64,000 nt of DNA from NCBI GenBank assembly GCA_009694185.1, contig SHVR01000011.1, positions 216-64,215 on the forward strand, written 5' to 3'. Of the stretch, positions 59,180-64,000 are shown piece after piece. Source of the stretch: Alphaproteobacteria bacterium (GTDB lineage: Bacteria > Pseudomonadota > Alphaproteobacteria > SHVR01). The notes beneath the pieces are model-generated. The model was given only the letters and a program-made list of their open reading frames with translations, did no database searches and had not been told where the DNA came from. Both the position numbers and the translations under genes were made by a program. Numbering within the stretch: position 1 is the first letter of the stretch; each line of letters begins with the position of its first letter.

Positions 59180-59835
59180 ACGAGCCGAGGGTCGACCAGG
59201 ACGCGCGGGCCGCCCTGGCGCTGGAACGGGGACGGCTCCTCTTCGCCGGTGAATGCCGGTTCGTCTGGGCCGCCACCTCGCTCGACGTCTTGCCGCCGGC
59301 GGGCCTGCCGGAAGTGGCCTTCGCCGGCCGCTCGAATGTCGGCAAGTCGAGCCTGGTGAACGCGCTCACCGGTCAGAACAAGCTAGCCCGCACATCGCGC
59401 ACGCCAGGCCGGACCCAGCAGATCAATTTCTTCGAGATGGACGGCCGCTTGCTGCTGGTGGACTTGCCCGGCTATGGCTATGCCGTGGCCGCCAAGGATC
59501 GCATTGCCGCCTGGACCACGCTCGTCGAGGATTACCTCAAGGGCCGGCCAACGCTCCGCCGGCTCTGTCTCCTGATCGATGCCCGCCATGGCCTCAAGGA
59601 CGCCGACCGGCGGATCATGACCCTGCTCGACCGGGCGGCCGTGAGCTACATCATCGTGGCGACCAAATGCGATGCGCCGAAGCCGGCGGCGCTCGAAGCG
59701 TGCCTGGCGGCCATCGCGGCCGAGGCCGCCAACCACCCCGCCGCGCATCCGCTGATCCTTGCCACCAGCGCCGTTACGGGCGCGGGGATCGACCGGTTGC
59801 GAGCGGAGTTGGCAACCGTATCCATCGCCGCGTAA
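59176..59835 (+). CDS. yihA: Ribosome biogenesis GTPase YihA/YsxC
   Basis: [20 protein letters not shown] and TKCD. Confidence 0.95.
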   Translation: MNEPRVDQDARAALALERGRLLFAGECRFVWAATSLDVLPPAGLPEVAFAGRSNVGKSSLVNALTGQNKLARTSRTPGRTQQINFFEMDGRLLLVDLPGYGYAVAAKDRIAAWTTLVEDYLKGRPTLRRLCLLIDARHGLKDADRRIMTLLDRAAVSYIIVATKCDAPKPAALEACLAAIAAEAANHPAAHPLILATSAVTGAGIDRLRAELATVSIAA

Positions 59836-59846
59836 AGTGCCGGCCC

Positions 59847-60752
59847 ATGAGCAAGCCCGCAGCCCAACTCAACGCCGACCTCGCCAAGGCCGCCACGCTC
59901 TCGGAGGCCTTGCCATATCTGCGCCGCTACGCCGGCGCCAACTTCGTCGTTAAGTATGGCGGCCACGCCATGGGCGAGGAAGCCCTGGCGGAGCAGTTCG
60001 CCCGCGACATCGTGCTGCTGAAGCAAGTCGGCATCCATCCGGTCGTCGTCCATGGCGGCGGACCCCAGATTGGCCGCATGCTGGAGCGCCTGTCGATCAA
60101 GAGCGAGTTCGTCGACGGCCTGCGCGTCACCGACGCGGCCACCGTCGAAATCGTGGAGATGGTGCTCGCCGGCAGCATCAACAAGCAGCTGGTCACGGCG
60201 ATCAACCGGGCGGGCGGGCGGGCGGTCGGGATATCGGGCAAGGATGCGAACCTGGTGCGGGCGCGCAAGCTGACCCGCACGGTCCGCGATCCCGACTCCC
60301 AGATCGAAAAGGTGCTGGACCTCGGCTTCGTCGGCGAGCCGGAGCATGTCGATCCGACCGTCCTGGATCTGTTCGTTCGCTCGGACTTGATCCCGGTGGT
60401 GGCACCGACCGGCGTTGGCCCCGCGGGCGAGACCTATAACATCAACGCCGACACGACCGCCGGCGCCATTGCCGCGGCGATGCGCGCCGCTCGCTTCCTG
60501 TTGCTGACCGACGTGGCGGGCGTCCTCGACAAGTCGGGTGGGCTCATCCCCTCGATGACGCGGGGGCGGGCCGAAGCCCTGATCGCGGACGGCACGATCA
60601 AGGGCGGCATGATCCCCAAGATCCAGACCTGCCTGGATGCGGTGGCCAATGGGGTCGAGGCGGCGGTGATCCTGGACGGCCGCGTGCCCCATGCCGTGCT
60701 GCTCGAAATCTTCACCGAGCATGGTGTGGGAACATTGATCCGGCGTGACTGA
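59847..60752 (+). CDS. argB: Acetylglutamate kinase
   Basis: [21 protein letters not shown] and GGMIPK. Confidence 0.96.
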   Translation: MSKPAAQLNADLAKAATLSEALPYLRRYAGANFVVKYGGHAMGEEALAEQFARDIVLLKQVGIHPVVVHGGGPQIGRMLERLSIKSEFVDGLRVTDAATVEIVEMVLAGSINKQLVTAINRAGGRAVGISGKDANLVRARKLTRTVRDPDSQIEKVLDLGFVGEPEHVDPTVLDLFVRSDLIPVVAPTGVGPAGETYNINADTTAGAIAAAMRAARFLLLTDVAGVLDKSGGLIPSMTRGRAEALIADGTIKGGMIPKIQTCLDAVANGVEAAVILDGRVPHAVLLEIFTEHGVGTLIRRD

Positions 60753-60790
60753 CGACCCAACAAGCAAGAACAGCGACAGGCTCGAACCCC

Positions 60791-61678
60791 GTGATGACCA
60801 TCGACTTCTCCGCCGTGCCGCGCTTGGCCGACGGGCGCACCGGCGCCGAGCATATCGCCCTGATCGAGGCGCTGTCGGAGCGCCGCCGGACGGCCATGGG
60901 AAATGGCGGCCGGATGATGTGGCATATCTGGGGCGCCGGGTCGGGCCGGCCGGCGCTCCTCCTCTTTCACGGCGGCTCGGGGTCCTGGATCCACTGGATT
61001 CGCAACGTGATTCCGCTCTCCCGCCATTTCACCGTCTACGCCGCCGACATGCCGGGGCTTGGCGACAGCGACCCGCCGGACGATGTGCGCGACATCTGGT
61101 CGGTCGTCCATGGTGTGAAGCGAGGGGTGGAGGCGATCGTGCCGGCGGGCGAGCGTTACGCCATCGCCGGTTTTTCCTTCGGCGGCATGGTGGGCGGCCA
61201 TGTGTCGACCCTGCTGGACGAGCGCCTCAGGAGTGTGACGCTGGTCGGGCCGGGTGGCCTCCGCCTGCCGCGAGAGCCACGGCCGCCACTGGTCCGCCTC
61301 AGCCGCGAGAGGACCGCCGAGGGGCTCGCCCAAGGGGCGCGGCGCAATCTCGAGATCTTGATGCTGCACGACCCCGCCAATGTCGATGGGGTTGCAATCC
61401 ACATGCAGATCCTGAACAGCACGCGGGCCAAGACACGCAGCGCCGACATGTCGGCCCAGGGCGTGTTGAGCGACTGTTTACCTAAGATAACGACCCGTCT
61501 CAACGCCATCTGGGGCGAGTTCGACTCGACCGCCTATCCGCACCTGGCCATGCGCGAGGCGCTGCTCAGGCGGCACCAGCCGGATATCGACTTTCGCGTC
61601 ATACCCGGCGGCGGCCATTGGGTCGCCTTCGAGAAGGCGGATGAAGTCAACGCGGCGCTGATCGACCTGTTGGGGTAA
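60791..61678 (+). CDS. Alpha/beta fold hydrolase
   Basis: HGGSG, DMPGLG, GFSFG nucleophile elbow and GHW. Confidence 0.88.
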   Translation: MMTIDFSAVPRLADGRTGAEHIALIEALSERRRTAMGNGGRMMWHIWGAGSGRPALLLFHGGSGSWIHWIRNVIPLSRHFTVYAADMPGLGDSDPPDDVRDIWSVVHGVKRGVEAIVPAGERYAIAGFSFGGMVGGHVSTLLDERLRSVTLVGPGGLRLPREPRPPLVRLSRERTAEGLAQGARRNLEILMLHDPANVDGVAIHMQILNSTRAKTRSADMSAQGVLSDCLPKITTRLNAIWGEFDSTAYPHLAMREALLRRHQPDIDFRVIPGGGHWVAFEKADEVNAALIDLLG

Positions 61679-61687
61679 TTGCCGCCG

Positions 61688-62992
61688 TCAGCCGCCGGCG
61701 CCGGCCCGCTGGCCGAGGCTCTCGAACAGTTCGAGCTGCCATTCGCATTCCTTCGGACTGAGCGGATATTCGGTGCCGTCACGCGCGACCAACATGTTGC
61801 GTGGCGGAATCCGCGCGAGCCGCATTTGGAGCTGCATGGCGAAGCGCATGCTGAGGTCGGCTTTCCAGGCCAGTGCCGTGACGCCCTTGGCGTTCTGCGC
61901 CTGGATGACGCGCCGGACCATGCCGCTCGGCAATTCCGATCTGAGGGTGAGACCCGCCTGGACGAATTCATGCTCGCCCTTGTCGAGGGCCATGGCGAGG
62001 CACGGCTCGTTCAGGCGTCCGGCGGCATGCAGGCGACCGGCCTTCGTCTCCGGGGTTTCGACAGGCGCTCCCGGCGCCTGGCGCGCACTCTCGCTCGCAT
62101 CCTCGCTTGCCTCGCGCGCGAGGCGCGCCTCGACCGCCCCCAGCAACGCCGCGACGGTCTCGGCATCGAGATCGGTCCGCTTTTGCAGGACTGCCAGCAA
62201 TCCGTTGGCGACGAAAGACGCGATCCGCCGAACCGCGCTCGTGGGCAACAGGGGACGCTCTACCAGCGGCGCATGCCAACGCTCGACGGCGGGCGCGCGG
62301 TCGAGGATTCGGTCCAGGGTTTCTTCGCGAATCTGGGCGCTGTGGTTGGCGAGCAGCGCCGCGGTCGCCTCGATGTCATGCTGGGCGACGATCGCCTCGG
62401 CGAGACCGCCGCCGACACTCAAACGCCTGGCGATGGCGGCGTTGGCGCCGGGGGTCAGGCCGCGCTCGATCAGTCCGCACAGATCCTCTTCCGACAGCAA
62501 TGGCGAATATTCGAGCACCGGTGCCGCGACCGCGAGCTCCACATCCTCGGCGAGGCGGCGGATGAGGGCGGGCGGTATGGTGGTGATTTTCTTGAGGGCC
62601 TCCGAAAGGATGCGCCTCACCCGTACCATCTGGTCCGCGGCCAGTATGTCCAGCACCTGCCAAGTGAGCCGGCAGATGGCGTCGCGCTCGTCGCCACTCA
62701 GCTCCGGAGCCAGCCGGCCGATCTTCTCCGCGAGGTCGACGCGAACCCCGGTGTCGGCGTCGCGCGCGAGCAGCAAGTCGGCTTGGCGTGGCGTCGCTCG
62801 GTTGCCGGCAATTTCGCGGCGAACGTCTACCGACGGGTCGGCGGCCAGGTAGTAGAGCAGTTCGGGCCGCGTGTCGGTCCGCTTGGCAAGGCGCCGGCGC
62901 GCGCCCACATCCTCGGTTCGGGCTAAATCCTTGGCGGTTTCATAGTCGGGTGGCCGGCCATTGAACAGGCGCTTTACAAAGTCGGTCAGCAT
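61688..62992 (-). CDS. DUF2336 domain protein
   Basis: LLYYLAAD, VAAPVLEYSPLL, LLANHSAQI and HAPLVERP. Confidence 0.85.
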   Translation of the reverse strand: MLTDFVKRLFNGRPPDYETAKDLARTEDVGARRRLAKRTDTRPELLYYLAADPSVDVRREIAGNRATPRQADLLLARDADTGVRVDLAEKIGRLAPELSGDERDAICRLTWQVLDILAADQMVRVRRILSEALKKITTIPPALIRRLAEDVELAVAAPVLEYSPLLSEEDLCGLIERGLTPGANAAIARRLSVGGGLAEAIVAQHDIEATAALLANHSAQIREETLDRILDRAPAVERWHAPLVERPLLPTSAVRRIASFVANGLLAVLQKRTDLDAETVAALLGAVEARLAREASEDASESARQAPGAPVETPETKAGRLHAAGRLNEPCLAMALDKGEHEFVQAGLTLRSELPSGMVRRVIQAQNAKGVTALAWKADLSMRFAMQLQMRLARIPPRNMLVARDGTEYPLSPKECEWQLELFESLGQRAGAGG

Positions 62993-63879
62993 ACGGCGTC
63001 ATCCATCTGGGCGATCCGGTTCTTGCCGGCACGCTTGGCGCGATACATTGCGGCATCGCCACGCGCGATGAGCGAATCGAGCGTTTCCTCACCGCCTGGC
63101 GGCCTTACCGCCAACCCGATCGAGATACTGAGCGGCAGGTCGAGCGAAGCGGAGAGCGGACCCAGCGCGCTCGATACCGAAAGCAGGCGTTCGGCGCGCG
63201 CCAGCGCCGTTGTCCCGCCGGCGCCGGCCATCCAGAAGACGAATTCGTCACCGCCCAGGCGACCGACCAAATCGTCCCCCTCGGCCGCTTCGCGCAACCA
63301 GTCGCCGAGCGTTTGAAGCACGGCATCGCCCCGTTGATGGCCATGGCGATCGTTGACCGCCTTGAAATTGTCGAGGTCCACATAAACGAGGCAGCCGCCC
63401 AGGCCGGCACGCGCTTGCAGCAGTTCGCGAAAGCGGCGCCGGTTGAGGAGGCCGGTCAGTCCGTCGGTGTCGGACAGGCGGCGCATTTCCCGCTGGTGGC
63501 GATATTGTTGAATGGCCAGACCAAGATGGGCGGCGGTGGCGAGCAGCAAGGAATGTTCGTCGCTCGTCCAGGGCGGGGTGTCGGACGGGACGGGTTCGCC
63601 GCGCCGCCAGGCGCCGACGAGGCCGTTGGGCTTGCCTTGGTGGTGCGTGAGGAGTGCCAGGCCGACATAACCGGGCGCGGCAATCGCGCGCGCGCCCTCG
63701 CCAGCCACGATCGGCTCCCTGATGTCGATGCCCGAGGCCGGCGTATCGCCGAACGTGGCGACCGCCTCGAAACCCTCGGCCGCCGTCTGGCATATCACAC
63801 AGCCGGACAAGGGCACGGCCCGTGCCACGGCGGCGGCAGCCGCCGCCAGCATGGGTTCGGGCTCGACCTCGTCGCGCAT
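62986..63879 (-). CDS. GAF-GGDEF diguanylate cyclase, possibly 5'-truncated
   Basis: TDGLTGLLNRR, DLDNFKAVND, RLGGDEF and AMYRAK; in-frame stop about 11 codons upstream of the ATG. Confidence 0.8.
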   Translation of the reverse strand: MRDEVEPEPMLAAAAAAVARAVPLSGCVICQTAAEGFEAVATFGDTPASGIDIREPIVAGEGARAIAAPGYVGLALLTHHQGKPNGLVGAWRRGEPVPSDTPPWTSDEHSLLLATAAHLGLAIQQYRHQREMRRLSDTDGLTGLLNRRRFRELLQARAGLGGCLVYVDLDNFKAVNDRHGHQRGDAVLQTLGDWLREAAEGDDLVGRLGGDEFVFWMAGAGGTTALARAERLLSVSSALGPLSASLDLPLSISIGLAVRPPGGEETLDSLIARGDAAMYRAKRAGKNRIAQMDDAVC

Positions 63880-64000
63880 CGCCTCGACGATGTAATTAGC
63901 CCGATCTATTCACGGTGCTGAGGCTGGCGCCGGCTTGGGTTCCGTCTGACGAGCATGACCGCGACGCCATTTGCATCGTTTGATGGTGAAGGTCGGTGGT

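Overview
GC-rich bacterial chromosome segment, most likely an alphaproteobacterium (Rhodospirillales-like), judged from the rpmH-rnpA-yidD-yidC-yihA-argB order, coq7 and DUF2336. Main blocks: (i) 1-7.4 kb amidohydrolase/acyl-CoA ligase operon; (ii) 7.4-10.75 kb scar zone with toxin-antitoxin fragments, a deleted SWIM-SNF2 helicase and a displaced guaA 3' end, probably an eroded guaA-targeted island; (iii) 12.6-20.3 kb AtzE/AtzG (HpxY/HpxX)-like amidase plus a rearranged FdrA/YlbE/YlbF (AllFGH) oxamate carbamoyltransferase-like set; (iv) 20.4-30.2 kb ThDP decarboxylase pair, TcuA-like flavoprotein, Liv-type ABC transporter, ChrB-domain protein, broken TauE and a TauD-like gene; (v) 33.5-45.8 kb C-P lyase cluster phnF/GHIJKLM-DCEE, with no phnN or phnP in the window but two adjacent phosphodiesterases; (vi) mixed metabolic and housekeeping genes. 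Best hidden signal: a 72-aa SelW/Rdx-family protein absent from the ORF track (53975-54193, minus strand), with an in-frame UGA in a CxxU motif followed by a bSECIS-like hairpin, i.e. a probable selenoprotein. No rRNA, tRNA, CRISPR array or intact integrase/transposase was seen. Family assignments come from recognising motifs by eye; no database search was run.
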